A stretch of 58,794 nucleotides of DNA, taken from positions 1-58,794 of the forward strand of contig JAFXAC010000053.1 in the NCBI GenBank assembly GCA_017522125.1, in the 5' to 3' direction. Under the pieces are notes generated by a model. That model had not been told where the DNA came from and did not search any database. It was given only the letters and a program-made list of their open reading frames with translations. This document shows, piece by piece, positions 1 through 9,954 of the stretch. Source of the DNA: Clostridia bacterium (GTDB lineage Bacteria; Bacillota; Clostridia; Oscillospirales; CAG-272). The translations under genes were made by a program, and so were the position numbers. How positions within the stretch are numbered: the first letter of the stretch is position 1; each line of letters begins with the position of its first letter.

Positions 1-108
1 ACGGTTGCGGCTAAATCCAAGCTCTCGGCACCTTATTACACCGCAGGCGACGTTCCCTTCTCCACCGTTACCGGAAAGGGTGCGCAGATAAAATTCACTA
101 TAAGCTAA
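1..108 (+). CDS. 3' end of an unidentified CDS entering from the left edge (...GAQIKFTIS*)
   Basis: Frame 1 is open from base 1 to TAA 106-108 and is followed at once by a hairpin terminator. Too short to name. Confidence 0.4.
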   Translation, partial: TVAAKSKLSAPYYTAGDVPFSTVTGKGAQIKFTIS

Positions 109-112
109 AAAA

Positions 113-138
113 ACAGGCATCAAAGATGCCTGTTTTTT
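113..138. terminator. Bidirectional intrinsic terminator between convergent genes
   Basis: CAGGCATC-aaa-GATGCCTG stem (114-132) with an A-run upstream and T6 downstream. Confidence 0.75.
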
Positions 139-733
139 AAATATACTTAACCATAAAATAGTGCTTGACGCCGTCGCGCTTTCTGTCGGAGGTGATGATA
201 TCTCTGCCGCCATAAATAGTTCTCGCTTTTTTGTTGATCGAAGAAACGTGCTGGCGCAGAACAGAGCTTTTCCTATGCGAGTCACCAACGCAAACTGACA
301 AAAGCTCATCCTGCTCCACAGCATTGGGGCTTTGCTTTACGAGATATGACAGTATAGCAAGCTCCGACGGGGTAAGCGCCAAGGGATATCCGAGATAATA
401 AACGCCGTCGACGGACGAAGAAAGGCACTCGCCGTAGGTGAATCGTCTAATATCTCCCTCGATATCACGCAAAAGCTCAACAAGCCTACCGTCATCGTAC
501 GCTTCAAAATCGTTTTGTGCATTTCCGATAAGGAAAACGGGGACACCTACACGCAAGCAAGCTGTAAGCCACGGCGGATAAGTGCCTGCAATAAGCGCGG
601 CAGTCGTATCCTTGCGCCTTGCCGCTTCAAGAAACTCCCCGCAAGGCGGAGCATCCACAGTAAAGCCGAGATCACGATAGAAGTTTTGCACCTCTACCCT
701 TTTTGCAACATCCTCGCAATAAAGCCTTATCAT
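137..733 (-). CDS. Atypical OmpR/PhoB-type winged-helix regulator with a degenerate receiver-like N-terminus
   Basis: C-terminal wHTH-like segment (LTPSELAILSYLV...LRQHVSSINKKAR). The N-terminal half lacks the acidic DD pair and the phospho-acceptor Asp by eye. ATGA start/stop overlap with the upstream gene. Confidence 0.6.
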   Translation of the reverse strand: MIRLYCEDVAKRVEVQNFYRDLGFTVDAPPCGEFLEAARRKDTTAALIAGTYPPWLTACLRVGVPVFLIGNAQNDFEAYDDGRLVELLRDIEGDIRRFTYGECLSSSVDGVYYLGYPLALTPSELAILSYLVKQSPNAVEQDELLSVCVGDSHRKSSVLRQHVSSINKKARTIYGGRDIITSDRKRDGVKHYFMVKYI

Positions 734-1497
734 TTCTTATCGCCCTCAAGCGAGGCGGGTGCGGCGCACTCCTTGACCTCCTCGCCATAGTCCAGCGATG
801 GTACTTCGGCTGACATAAAAGCGTTTTTCTTGCTACGCAAAATCGGCGTATAGTATTTACCGCTGACAACAACGTGGTCGATAAGGTTCAAGCCGAGAAC
901 CTCACAAAAATCAGCAAGCTGATGCGTCAGCGAAATATCGTCAGCCGACGGATAGCAGGTTCCGTTAGGATGATTGTGCGCAAGTATTATTGAGGACGCT
1001 GAGCGCTTGAGCGCTTTTTCTGCAAGGGTACGCATAGAAAGCCTTACGGTATTGACCGAGCCATCGCCAAGCTGAACGGTATCAATGAGCTTCATTTTAT
1101 TATCGAACAGCATAGCGTAAGCCTTTTCGACCGTTACGCCAACGTAAAAGTTTACAAGATACTGCCCTACCTTTTCTATTGTATCATATACAAACGGAAC
1201 TTCCGCTTTGTCAATAGAATACCGACGGATTACGTCGCGATAAAGGCAGAACATAAGCGCAGAATTGGGTCCCATTCCGTCAACCTCAAGAAGATCGTCA
1301 TAATCCGCCTCAAGTACACCTGCAAACGAGCCGAAGCGCTCAATAAGTCGGTGGGAAAGGTCGTTTACGTCCCTCTGAGGTATAGCGTAATAAAGCATAA
1401 GCTCGATGACCTCGTGCGGACTGAATGAATCAAGTCCGCCCGTGAGGTATCTATCCTTCATACGCTGACGGTGTCCCGAATGAACGCCGCCTGCCAT
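730..1497 (-). CDS. radC: RadC-like JAB/MPN domain protein
   Basis: N-terminal GHRQRMKDRYL plus HhH-like region. C-terminal JAMM motif ILAHNHPNG...PSADD. Confidence 0.85.
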   Translation of the reverse strand: MAGGVHSGHRQRMKDRYLTGGLDSFSPHEVIELMLYYAIPQRDVNDLSHRLIERFGSFAGVLEADYDDLLEVDGMGPNSALMFCLYRDVIRRYSIDKAEVPFVYDTIEKVGQYLVNFYVGVTVEKAYAMLFDNKMKLIDTVQLGDGSVNTVRLSMRTLAEKALKRSASSIILAHNHPNGTCYPSADDISLTHQLADFCEVLGLNLIDHVVVSGKYYTPILRSKKNAFMSAEVPSLDYGEEVKECAAPASLEGDKK

Positions 1498-2999
1498 CAG
1501 AGCTTAGCGTTTGCGGATTTTAGGATTACGTCGTGGTGTCCGCCCTCTACGATGCTCGTAGCAGATACCAACGTGATGCGCGCATTCTTCTGAAGATCGG
1601 GAATGTTGTTTACGCCGCAGTTGCACATGGTAGATTTTACCTTATAAAGGCTCTTGGCTACGTTATCGTGCAGAGAGCCCGCATATACTACGTAGGAGTC
1701 AACACCCTCTTCGAATCCAAGGCCCGAGCTTCCGCCAAGGTCGTATCTCTGCCAGTTACGGGCGCGGTTAGAGCCCTCACCCCAATACTCCTTAACGTAC
1801 TGACCGTTGACAAAGAGCTTGTTTGTGGGGCTTTCGTCGAATCTTGCAAAGTATCTGCCAAGCATAATGAAATCTGCGCCCATAGCGAGAGCGAGAGTCA
1901 TATGGTAATCGTGAACGATACCGCCGTCAGAGCAGATCGGGATATAAATGCCCGTTTCCTCAAAATACTCGTCGCGGGCAGCCGCAACCTCGATAAGAGC
2001 CGTCGCCTGTCCTCTGCCTATACCCTTTTGCTCACGGGTGATACAGATAGAGCCGCCGCCGATACCGACCTTGATAAAGTCAGCACCTGCCTCGGCAAGG
2101 AAACGGAAGCCCTCGCGGTCAACTACGTTTCCTGCGCCTACCTTGACGCTGTCGCCGTATTTCTCACGAATGAAATCAAGGGTGAACTTCTGCCAGCAGG
2201 TATAGCCCTCGGATGCGTCGATGCAAAGCACGTCAGCACCCGCTTCAACGAGTGCGGGAACTCTGGTTTCATAGTCACGGGTGTTGATACCTGCGCCTAC
2301 CATAAAACGCTTGTCCTTATCAAGCATTTCAAGGGGGTTGTCCTTATGCTCGGAGTAATCCTTGCGGAAAACGAGGTAAGCAAGGTGGTCGTTTGCGTCA
2401 ACGAGGGGAAGAACGTTGAGCTTGTTATCCCAAATTATATCGTTTGCTTCCTTAAGAGTGGTGGTAACGGGAGCCGTGACCATCTTCTCACGGGGAGTCA
2501 TAAATTCCTTTACCTTAAGGTCGGTGGACATACGGGAAACGCGGTAATCTCTACCCGTTACGATGCCAAGGAGCTTGCCCGTGCTTGTGCCGTCCTCGGT
2601 AATAGCAACGGTACTGTGGCCCTTTGTCTTAACAAGCGTAAGAACGTCGGCAAGGGTATGCTCGGGGGTGAGGTTGGAGTCGCTTACTACAAAGCCAGCC
2701 TTGTAGTTCTTTACTCTTGCGACCATAGCCGCCTCATCCTCAACGCTCTGTGAGCCGTAGATGAAGGACATACCGCCCTCGCGCGCGAGGGCAACTGCCA
2801 TTTTATCGTCGGAAACGGACTGCATTATAGCGGAAACAAGCGGAATACCGAGAGTAATGTCAGGCGTTTCGCCCTTGCGGAACTTTACAAGGGGAGTTTT
2901 AAGGCTGACGTTTGCGGGAATGCAGTCAGGGGACGTGTAGCCGGGAACGAGAAGATACTCGCTAAAGGTGTGCGAGGGTTCTTTATAAAAATAAGCCAT
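1497..2999 (-). CDS. IMP dehydrogenase/GMP reductase family protein with a CBS pair
   Basis: [21 protein letters not shown]-terminus and catalytic-loop-like [13 protein letters not shown]. Start moved to ATG 2999, preceded by AAAGGAAG. The longer ORF start at 3077 has no RBS. Confidence 0.8.
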   Translation of the reverse strand: MAYFYKEPSHTFSEYLLVPGYTSPDCIPANVSLKTPLVKFRKGETPDITLGIPLVSAIMQSVSDDKMAVALAREGGMSFIYGSQSVEDEAAMVARVKNYKAGFVVSDSNLTPEHTLADVLTLVKTKGHSTVAITEDGTSTGKLLGIVTGRDYRVSRMSTDLKVKEFMTPREKMVTAPVTTTLKEANDIIWDNKLNVLPLVDANDHLAYLVFRKDYSEHKDNPLEMLDKDKRFMVGAGINTRDYETRVPALVEAGADVLCIDASEGYTCWQKFTLDFIREKYGDSVKVGAGNVVDREGFRFLAEAGADFIKVGIGGGSICITREQKGIGRGQATALIEVAAARDEYFEETGIYIPICSDGGIVHDYHMTLALAMGADFIMLGRYFARFDESPTNKLFVNGQYVKEYWGEGSNRARNWQRYDLGGSSGLGFEEGVDSYVVYAGSLHDNVAKSLYKVKSTMCNCGVNNIPDLQKNARITLVSATSIVEGGHHDVILKSANAKL

Positions 3000-3095
3000 T
3001 TTTGAAAAGCTTCCTTTCTGTTTAACGTTTTTTATCAAGGATTGCACAGCAGGGTGTCGCAATAAAAACTGCGACACCCTACCATATTACAAAGT

Positions 3096-3503
3096 TCAGA
3101 TGAATTTGTTGAGCGACTCGGGGAGCTTTTCAACAGGGAGAGATGCGGTAACGACAATGTTTATCTTGTGGCTATCGGAAAGCTCGTCAACGTCGTGCAT
3201 AAAGCGCTCGAAGGCGTCGAGGTCCTCATTGCAAATGCGAAGCGCAGAGTCAATGAAAACGTCGGAAACGTCATGATTGCTTGCGAGAATGCCCGAAATG
3301 AAGCCGTAAAGAGCGCGCGCGTCGAATACGAAGTACTCGTCAACGTTGATAAGTCTGCAACGGGACGTGATATCGTAGCGGAGCTTGATGCCCTTCTCTA
3401 CGCAAACAACACAGCCCTTGGATTCGGAAACGGCGTCGTTTACAAGGTTGATAAGAGTCTTGGTCTTTCCGGAGCCCTTAGCTCCAACGATGAGTTTAAT
3501 CAT
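3096..3503 (-). CDS. Small P-loop NTPase, function unknown
   Basis: Walker A GAKGSGKT at residues 7-14 and a hydrophobic strand plus D (VFIDS) as candidate Walker B. RBS AGGAGG upstream. Confidence 0.6.
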   Translation of the reverse strand: MIKLIVGAKGSGKTKTLINLVNDAVSESKGCVVCVEKGIKLRYDITSRCRLINVDEYFVFDARALYGFISGILASNHDVSDVFIDSALRICNEDLDAFERFMHDVDELSDSHKINIVVTASLPVEKLPESLNKFI

Positions 3504-3581
3504 TTTATACCTCCTGGTTTTAGGGGATTACAATATTATTATACAGTATTTATTTGATAAAATCAAGTGGTTTATTTGATT

Positions 3582-4916
3582 TTACAGTCTTGCGCGGAGC
3601 TGTTCGGTCATTTCCTCGTAGCCGGGCTTGCCGAGGAGAGCGAACATATTCTTCTTGTACGCCTCAACGCCGGGCTGGTCGAAGGGATTAACGCCGAGCA
3701 TATATCCCGAAACGCCGCAAGCAAGCTCGAAGAAGTAGATCATATAGCCAAGGGAGCGTGCGCTGCGGTCCTTAAGGCGAAGAACGATGTTGGGAACACC
3801 GCCGTCAACGTGTGCAAGGAGCGTGCCGTTCATTGCCATGCGGTTGACCTCGCTCATCTTCATATCAGCAAGGAAGTTAAGTCCGTCGATATTTGCGGGA
3901 TCGTAGGGTACTGCGGCGTTGCTGTCGGGAGTTTCAACGTCGAGAACGGTCTCGAACATTGTGCGCATACCCGACTGAACGTACTGTCCGAGGGAGTGCA
4001 GATCCGTGGAGAAGATAACGGATGAGGGATAGAGTCCCTTGCCGTCCTTGCCCTCACTCTCGCCGTAGAGCTGCTTCCACCACTCGCAGAACATCTGCTC
4101 ATAGGGCTCGTAGCCTACGAATATCTCAACTGCCTTACCCTTGCGGTAAAGGATATTACGGATAGCGGCATACTTGTATGCATCGTTCTTCATAACGTCG
4201 GGCTCGGAGAGTGCCTTGCGTGCGTCTGCCGCGCCACCCATAAGCTCGTCAAGCTCGATGCCTGCAACTGCGATGGGGAGAAGTCCAACTGCGGTAAGTA
4301 CAGAGAAGCGTCCGCCGACGTCGTCGGGAACTACGAAGGTCTCAAAGCCTGCCTCGTCAGCAAACTTCTTAAGCGTTCCGCGTGCCTTATCGGTGGTAAC
4401 GAAGATACGCTCGCGAGCGCCGTCAACACCGTATTTCTTTTCAAGCATAGCTCTGAAATAGCGGAATGCTACTGCGGGCTCGGTAGTCGTGCCCGACTTT
4501 GAGATAACGTTTATGCAAACGTCCCTGCCCTCGCAAAGAGCGAGTATCTCGTCAAGGTCGCCGCCGCTGATATTACAGCCCGAGAAATAAATATCGGGAG
4601 TGTCCTTTTTCATAAGATTGTAGCGAGGGGACTTGAGGAATTCAACTACCGCGCGAGCTCCGAGATAAGAGCCGCCGATACCGATAACGATGAAGAGGTC
4701 GCAAGAAGACTGGATCTTCTTTGCAGCCGCCTTGATGCGTGCATATTCTTCCTTATCATAATTTACGGGAAGATCCATCCAGCCGAGCATTTCGCTGCCT
4801 GCGCCCGTGCGGTTGCGGAGCGTTGCTACTGCGGCGTTAACGTCGGGAGTGATAGCCTTTATTTCGTCGTCGGAAACAAAGGATTTGATGAATTTGTCAG
4901 AAAGTTTGAGTGCCAT
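3582..4916 (-). CDS. pgi: Glucose-6-phosphate isomerase
   Basis: SIS-domain motifs ([21 protein letters not shown]) and length typical of Firmicutes Pgi. Start taken at MALKL (4916). An alternative ATG at 4928 lacks RBS spacing. Confidence 0.9.
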   Translation of the reverse strand: MALKLSDKFIKSFVSDDEIKAITPDVNAAVATLRNRTGAGSEMLGWMDLPVNYDKEEYARIKAAAKKIQSSCDLFIVIGIGGSYLGARAVVEFLKSPRYNLMKKDTPDIYFSGCNISGGDLDEILALCEGRDVCINVISKSGTTTEPAVAFRYFRAMLEKKYGVDGARERIFVTTDKARGTLKKFADEAGFETFVVPDDVGGRFSVLTAVGLLPIAVAGIELDELMGGAADARKALSEPDVMKNDAYKYAAIRNILYRKGKAVEIFVGYEPYEQMFCEWWKQLYGESEGKDGKGLYPSSVIFSTDLHSLGQYVQSGMRTMFETVLDVETPDSNAAVPYDPANIDGLNFLADMKMSEVNRMAMNGTLLAHVDGGVPNIVLRLKDRSARSLGYMIYFFELACGVSGYMLGVNPFDQPGVEAYKKNMFALLGKPGYEEMTEQLRARL

Positions 4917-5011
4917 ATATTTTCCCATCCTTAAAGAAATATATTATTTTATCTATTTTACCACTTTTTTGCTTTAATTTCAACACATTTTTAAGAGAAA
5001 TATTCTTTTTT

Positions 5012-6169
5012 TCATAATTTTTTTGAGCAACCGAAGAATCCCGATAGCATTCTGAGAAAAAGCGAGACAAATGAGATGCGCTCTACGCTCTCCGTGGCGC
5101 TGATATCCACCCTCGCAAGCTCATTGCCGTCAAGTGTAAATACTACGTCGCCCACCTTGTCGCCGTGCTTTATCGGTGCGGGGACGCTTTCGGGAAGCTC
5201 GACGCGTACCTCGACCGCCTTATCCTTCCCCTTCGCAACGATGGTGGAAAAATCGCCGTGCGCCACAGCGCAAGCGTCCGACTCGCCGCCCGTGACCGTA
5301 AGCGGCGCAAGAGTTGCGCCGCGATATCTGTAAAGCGAGAAATTGGCAAAGCCCCAATCGAGCAGAGCCGCCGCCGCGGCGTTACGCGCATCGCGCGTGG
5401 GAGATGCCATAATTACGGCGATGAGATGCATTCCGTCGCGCTCGGCAGTCGCGCTGATGCAGAATTTCGCCTTTGCCGTAGAGCCCGTTTTAAGCCCCGT
5501 TGCGCCCGCGTAAAATCTGACAAGGCGATTGGTGTTGGAAAGTCCAAACGCGCCGTCACGCACGGTATCCATCCACGTGGAGCTGTATTTCAGTATTCTT
5601 TCGTGCTTTATCAGCTCGCGCGACATAATGGCGATATCCCGCGCCGACAAAACGTGGTTGCTTACAGTATCGTCAAGTCCGTTCGTGTTTTCAAAATGCG
5701 CCGACTTCATTCCAAGCTCGGCGGCGCGCTTGTTCATAAGCTCCACGAATGCGCCCTCACTTCCCGACACCGCCTCGGCAAGCACGACGGCGGCATCGTT
5801 GGCGGATGCGATAACGACGGATTTCAATAGGTCGTCGACGCTCATCCTCTCCCCTTCCTTGAGGAATATCTGCGAGCCGCCCATAGACGCGGCGTGCGCC
5901 GACGCGGTAAGCACCGTGTCGTATGTAAAAACGCCCCTCTCTATCGCTTCCATTACGAGAAGCAAGGTCATAACCTTTGTGACCGAGGCGGGCGGTAGCG
6001 CCTCGTCGGCGTTCTTTTCGTAAAGCACGCGCCCCGTTTCGGCTTCAACAAGTATCGCGCTGACGCAATCAAGCCCAAGGTCGGGATATTCGGCGGCTGA
6101 GCCCGTGGGAACGAGCGACCAAAAAACCATAATTCCGCAAAGTATAACGGATAAAAATCTTCTTTTCAT
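5012..6169 (-). CDS. dacB: D-alanyl-D-alanine carboxypeptidase (serine-type, PBP5 family)
   Basis: Signal peptide, SxxK (SVTKVM), SxN (SANDAA) and KTG (LKTGST) motifs. Start at MKRRFL, preceded by GAGGTG. Confidence 0.85.
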   Translation of the reverse strand: MKRRFLSVILCGIMVFWSLVPTGSAAEYPDLGLDCVSAILVEAETGRVLYEKNADEALPPASVTKVMTLLLVMEAIERGVFTYDTVLTASAHAASMGGSQIFLKEGERMSVDDLLKSVVIASANDAAVVLAEAVSGSEGAFVELMNKRAAELGMKSAHFENTNGLDDTVSNHVLSARDIAIMSRELIKHERILKYSSTWMDTVRDGAFGLSNTNRLVRFYAGATGLKTGSTAKAKFCISATAERDGMHLIAVIMASPTRDARNAAAAALLDWGFANFSLYRYRGATLAPLTVTGGESDACAVAHGDFSTIVAKGKDKAVEVRVELPESVPAPIKHGDKVGDVVFTLDGNELARVDISATESVERISFVSLFLRMLSGFFGCSKKL

Positions 6170-6177
6170 AAAAGCAT

Positions 6178-6203
6178 CACCTCGCATAATCTTATGCGAG
6201 GTG
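6178..6203 (-). promoter_or_regulatory. Perfect 12-bp hairpin whose 3' arm contains the dacB-like Shine-Dalgarno
   Basis: Minus strand reads CACCTCGCATAA-GA-TTATGCGAGGTG, then ATGCTTTT and ATG (6169). It lies 25 nt after the stop of the upstream membrane gene. Confidence 0.55.
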
Positions 6204-6227
6204 ATAGTAAAAATATGAAAATAAGCT

Positions 6228-6767
6228 TTATTCCTCTTCGATTTCCGTTGCTTCGCCCTTAATTACCTTGGGGGCGGGCTTTTTGCCGTCGGCAAGCGCA
6301 CCGATAAGAGCAAAGAAGCCGTCAATAACGAAGAACACGCCTGCTACGATGATCGCCCAATCGTACGCCTCGCCCTTGCTCTTGAGCAGGAACACTGCCG
6401 CAACGATACAAAGAATGGGAGCGATGAAGTTAAAGACCTTAGCTATCATCTTTTGCTCCTTGTTCTTGAAGAACGCCACGATCGCCTTGAAGATATCTAC
6501 GATGCCGTACAGCGCAAGAACTGCGCCTACGACGATAACGGCGATCTCAAGCAATACCCAGCCGACGACGAGAACGCCGACGCCGAGGATCGCCTTGATA
6601 ACGCCGGTAACGTAGTATTTGCGGACGATCTCAACGATACCGAGAACGAGAAGCACTACGCCGAGAATGGTAAGGCATACGCTGATAACGCCGCCCTTAA
6701 GAACGATGAAAAGAATGCCTATAACGAGCGACATAAGCGCGGAAAGAAGTTGTGAGGTGTTTTTCAT
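6228..6767 (-). CDS. Integral membrane protein (HdeD/DUF308-like repeated G/V/I-rich helices)
   Basis: Five to six hydrophobic helices and an acidic C-terminal tail. No catalytic motif seen. Confidence 0.55.
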   Translation of the reverse strand: MKNTSQLLSALMSLVIGILFIVLKGGVISVCLTILGVVLLVLGIVEIVRKYYVTGVIKAILGVGVLVVGWVLLEIAVIVVGAVLALYGIVDIFKAIVAFFKNKEQKMIAKVFNFIAPILCIVAAVFLLKSKGEAYDWAIIVAGVFFVIDGFFALIGALADGKKPAPKVIKGEATEIEEE

Positions 6768-6788
6768 AAATTTCTCCTTAAATATCCG

Positions 6789-7838
6789 TTATTTTACCGA
6801 AAAACGGTATTCCGTGCAGGTAACGAACTCCTCTCCCGCAGAAAGAGTGCAGTCAAGGAAGTTTTCGTGGTTTATTGCGTCGGGCATAGACTGAGTTTCA
6901 AGGCAGAACGCGTGGCGGCGCTGCTGAGGCTTTCCGCCGCGGAAGGGATACCTCTCGTCGCCGAGGAAGTTTCCGCTGTAGAACTGCACGCAGGGACGGT
7001 CGGTAAAGACCTTCATCACTATGCTTCCGTCGGGAGAAGTAACCGTGGCCCTCTCCTTTACGCCCTCTCCCCTGTCGGCAAATACGAGGCAATGGTCAAT
7101 GCCGCCGCCGATAACGATATCCTCGTTATCGTCCGCCTCAAGTCCCTCGGAAATAAGCTTTTCCTCGGTGAAATCAAAGGGAGTTCCCTTTACGGACTTT
7201 ATCTCGCCCGTGGGGATAAGGGTGTCGTCGGTGGGAAGGTATCTGTCGGCGTCGATAAGTATCTTATGAGAGCCGATATATCCCTCGCCCGCGAGGTTGA
7301 AGTACGCGTGGTTGGTAAGGTTGAGTATGGTCTTTTTGTCTGTGGTGGCGCGGTAAGCTATCTTAAAGCCGCCCTCTGCCGTCAGCGTGTAGGTGACGGA
7401 CATCGTGAGCGTGCCGGGGTAGCCCTCCTCACCGTCGGGAGAAACTGCGCTGAAGGTAACTGCATCGTCCGACACGGTAGCAGTCCAGAGCTTCTTATCA
7501 AAGCCGCGCTTGCCGCCGTGAAGGTGATTTACGCCGTTGTTTATATAAAGCGAGTAATCAACGCCGTCAAGGCTAAATTTGCCGCGGCAAATTCTGTTGC
7601 CTATTCTGCCTACCACCGCGCCAAGATAGCCCTCCGCCTCCTCGTAGGAGCGAAGCGCATCGTAGCCGCAAACGGTGTCGCGCCAGCCTGCGGGGGTGTT
7701 TACTCTCGCGCGGAGAATTGTAGCGCCGTATTCCATAACGGTAAGCTCGATGCTATCGTTTGCAAGGGTATACGCGTATACCTCCTTGCCGTAGTTGAAG
7801 TTATCGCTTACCGTGCCAAACAGCTTTTTCGTAATCAT
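6789..7838 (-). CDS. galM: Aldose 1-epimerase (galactose mutarotase)
   Basis: Mutarotase signatures (NHLHGG, LTNHAYFNL, ETQ..PDAINH), directly downstream of galE. Confidence 0.85.
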   Translation of the reverse strand: MITKKLFGTVSDNFNYGKEVYAYTLANDSIELTVMEYGATILRARVNTPAGWRDTVCGYDALRSYEEAEGYLGAVVGRIGNRICRGKFSLDGVDYSLYINNGVNHLHGGKRGFDKKLWTATVSDDAVTFSAVSPDGEEGYPGTLTMSVTYTLTAEGGFKIAYRATTDKKTILNLTNHAYFNLAGEGYIGSHKILIDADRYLPTDDTLIPTGEIKSVKGTPFDFTEEKLISEGLEADDNEDIVIGGGIDHCLVFADRGEGVKERATVTSPDGSIVMKVFTDRPCVQFYSGNFLGDERYPFRGGKPQQRRHAFCLETQSMPDAINHENFLDCTLSAGEEFVTCTEYRFSVK

Positions 7839-7839
7839 T

Positions 7840-8853
7840 TTACACCTCGTAGCCCTTGGGGTTCATGGTCTGCCAACGGTCTGCGTCGCGGCACATACGG
7901 ACGATATCGTACTCTGCACGCCAGCCGAGAAGCTCGTAAGCCTTCTTGGGATCGGCATAGCACTCGGGAATATCACCCGGACGGCGAGCAACGATGTTGT
8001 AGGGGACCTTTTTGCCCGTTGCTTCCTCAAACGCCTTTACGATATCGAGAACGGAGTAGCCCTTACCCGTACCGATGTTGAATCTGTCAACGCCATCGAC
8101 CTTCATAGCGCGGTCAAGTGCCTTGAGATGTGCGCGAGCAAGGTCTACTACGTGGATATAATCACGCACGCCCGTTCCGTCGGGGGTGGGATAATCGTTA
8201 CCGAAAACGCTGAGCGCCTTGAGCTTACCAACTGCGACCTGAGTTATGTAGGGGAGCAGGTTGTTGGGGATACCGCAGGGATCCTCACCGATAAGTCCCG
8301 ACTCATGTGCGCCGATGGGGTTGAAGTAACGGAGAATGGAAACGCTCTTAAGCTCCTTGGCGTTGATAAGGTCGGAGAGGATGCGCTCTATCATAAGCTT
8401 GGTCTCGCCGTAGGGGTTGGTGGTGCTGAGGGGGAAATCCTCGCGGATCGGAACGGACGCGGGGTTGCCGTAAACCGTTGCCGAGGACGAAAAAACGATA
8501 GTACCTACGCCGTGAGCCTTCATAGCGCGGCAAAGGTTGAAGGTAGCGTCAAGATTGTGGCTGTAGTAGCGCAGAGGCTGTGCAACGGACTCGCCTACTG
8601 CCTTAAGTCCCGCAAAGTGAATTACGGAGTCGATATCGTTCTCCGCAAACACCTTTTCGGTTGCGTCGTAGTCGAGAAGATCAACTGCGTAGCACTTGGG
8701 TGCTTTGCCCGTTATCTTTTCGATCCTCTTAAGGACCTCGGGCTTACTGTTGGAGAAGTTGTCGATAATTACGACCTCTCTGCCGTCGTTAAGAAGCTCT
8801 ACGACCGTATGGGAGCCGATAAATCCTGCTCCACCTGTAACAAGAATTGCCAT
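7840..8853 (-). CDS. galE: UDP-glucose 4-epimerase
   Basis: N-terminal Rossmann motif VTGGAGFIGSH, YGETK catalytic motif, 337 aa. Confidence 0.9.
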   Translation of the reverse strand: MAILVTGGAGFIGSHTVVELLNDGREVVIIDNFSNSKPEVLKRIEKITGKAPKCYAVDLLDYDATEKVFAENDIDSVIHFAGLKAVGESVAQPLRYYSHNLDATFNLCRAMKAHGVGTIVFSSSATVYGNPASVPIREDFPLSTTNPYGETKLMIERILSDLINAKELKSVSILRYFNPIGAHESGLIGEDPCGIPNNLLPYITQVAVGKLKALSVFGNDYPTPDGTGVRDYIHVVDLARAHLKALDRAMKVDGVDRFNIGTGKGYSVLDIVKAFEEATGKKVPYNIVARRPGDIPECYADPKKAYELLGWRAEYDIVRMCRDADRWQTMNPKGYEV

Positions 8854-8868
8854 TTTTATACCTCTTTA

Positions 8869-9954
8869 TTATAAATATTTTTTAACCGTAGCAAGCATTT
8901 GCGGCATCTTTTGCTCCATATCCAAAACCAGCTTGAACTGATTGCGTGCGCGATCAAGGTTCTGCGTGGGATAGTGGATGCGGAAATAGGTGTCGCCGTT
9001 TAGATAGTCGGTAAGGAAGCGGATGCCCGTTTCCAGCGTGATTATCATCGCTCCCATAGGAAGCGCAAGTATCTCCATATCGGTAAGCGAGCCGTCGAGC
9101 CCTCCGATAAAGCCTCGCGCGAAGGCGTTGAACATATCCTCGCGCATATAGACAAGGTCAAGGTCGGTTTCGTCCTCGGCGGCACTTGACGCGCCAAAGC
9201 GGATAGCGTCACCGAAATCGAAAAGCACAGAGCCGGGCATTACCGTATCAAGGTCGATAACGCAAACGGGCTTACCCGTTACCTTGTCAAGCAGGATATT
9301 GTTTAGCTTCGTATCGTTATGCGTAACGCGGCGCGGGATCACTCCCGCCTCCATTCTGTCCATGATGTACGAGCAGATAACACGATGCTCCTTAACGAAG
9401 GCTATCTCGTCGGGAACGGACTCTGCCCTGCCCGCCGCATTCGCGCAAAGCGCCTCCTCAAAGGCACGGTAGCGTGCGGGGGTGTTGTGAAAATCGGGGA
9501 TAGTTTCGACGAGCCTTGTTACGTCGTAGTCGGCAAGCTGCATCTGAAACTTACCAAACGCACGTCCAACGCTCTCAAAGACCTTCGGTGACTCGGCGGA
9601 TTGATATCCTACGACGTTTCTTACGTATTCGTAGGCACGCCAGCAACCGCCGTTTTCGTCGCGGTAGTATACGCTTCCGTCCTTGGTGGAAATGAAATGG
9701 AGCGTTCCGCGCTTTACGTCGCCGCCTGCGGCTTCTATCTTTTTACTGATATGCTCGGTAACTCCGATTATATTCTTCATAAGCCCGTCGGGGTCCTTGA
9801 ACACCGAAGTATTTATGCGCTGGAGAACGTAACGCTCGCCCTTTTCGCAATAAATAAAATATGTACCGTTTATATGCCCCTCGGAGCATTCTCGGTAAGA
9901 CGAGGGGGCGGAGCGCAGATCAAACTGCGCGGCGATATTAAGAACGTCCGTCAT
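8869..9954 (-). CDS. N-acetylhexosamine 1-kinase-like (APH-fold sugar anomeric kinase, NahK/LnpB-like)
   Basis: APH-fold catalytic loop VTHNDTKLNNILLD and IDLDT metal site. Start taken at MTDVLN (9954), an ATGA overlap with the upstream stop. The longer ORF to 10116 would overlap the upstream gene by 160 nt. Confidence 0.6.
   Translation of the reverse strand: MTDVLNIAAQFDLRSAPSSYRECSEGHINGTYFIYCEKGERYVLQRINTSVFKDPDGLMKNIIGVTEHISKKIEAAGGDVKRGTLHFISTKDGSVYYRDENGGCWRAYEYVRNVVGYQSAESPKVFESVGRAFGKFQMQLADYDVTRLVETIPDFHNTPARYRAFEEALCANAAGRAESVPDEIAFVKEHRVICSYIMDRMEAGVIPRRVTHNDTKLNNILLDKVTGKPVCVIDLDTVMPGSVLFDFGDAIRFGASSAAEDETDLDLVYMREDMFNAFARGFIGGLDGSLTDMEILALPMGAMIITLETGIRFLTDYLNGDTYFRIHYPTQNLDRARNQFKLVLDMEQKMPQMLATVKKYL

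Noticed and set aside
1533-2753. Long antisense ORFs opposite real genes (also 6867..8081, 7795..8874, 25333..26208, 33698..34849, 35893..37155, 40547..41587, 50119..51237, 56103..57479)
   Set aside because: Each lies fully inside a motif-supported gene on the other strand. The translations are Arg/Ala/Val/Gly-rich with no domains. This is a typical GC-rich codon-shadow effect.
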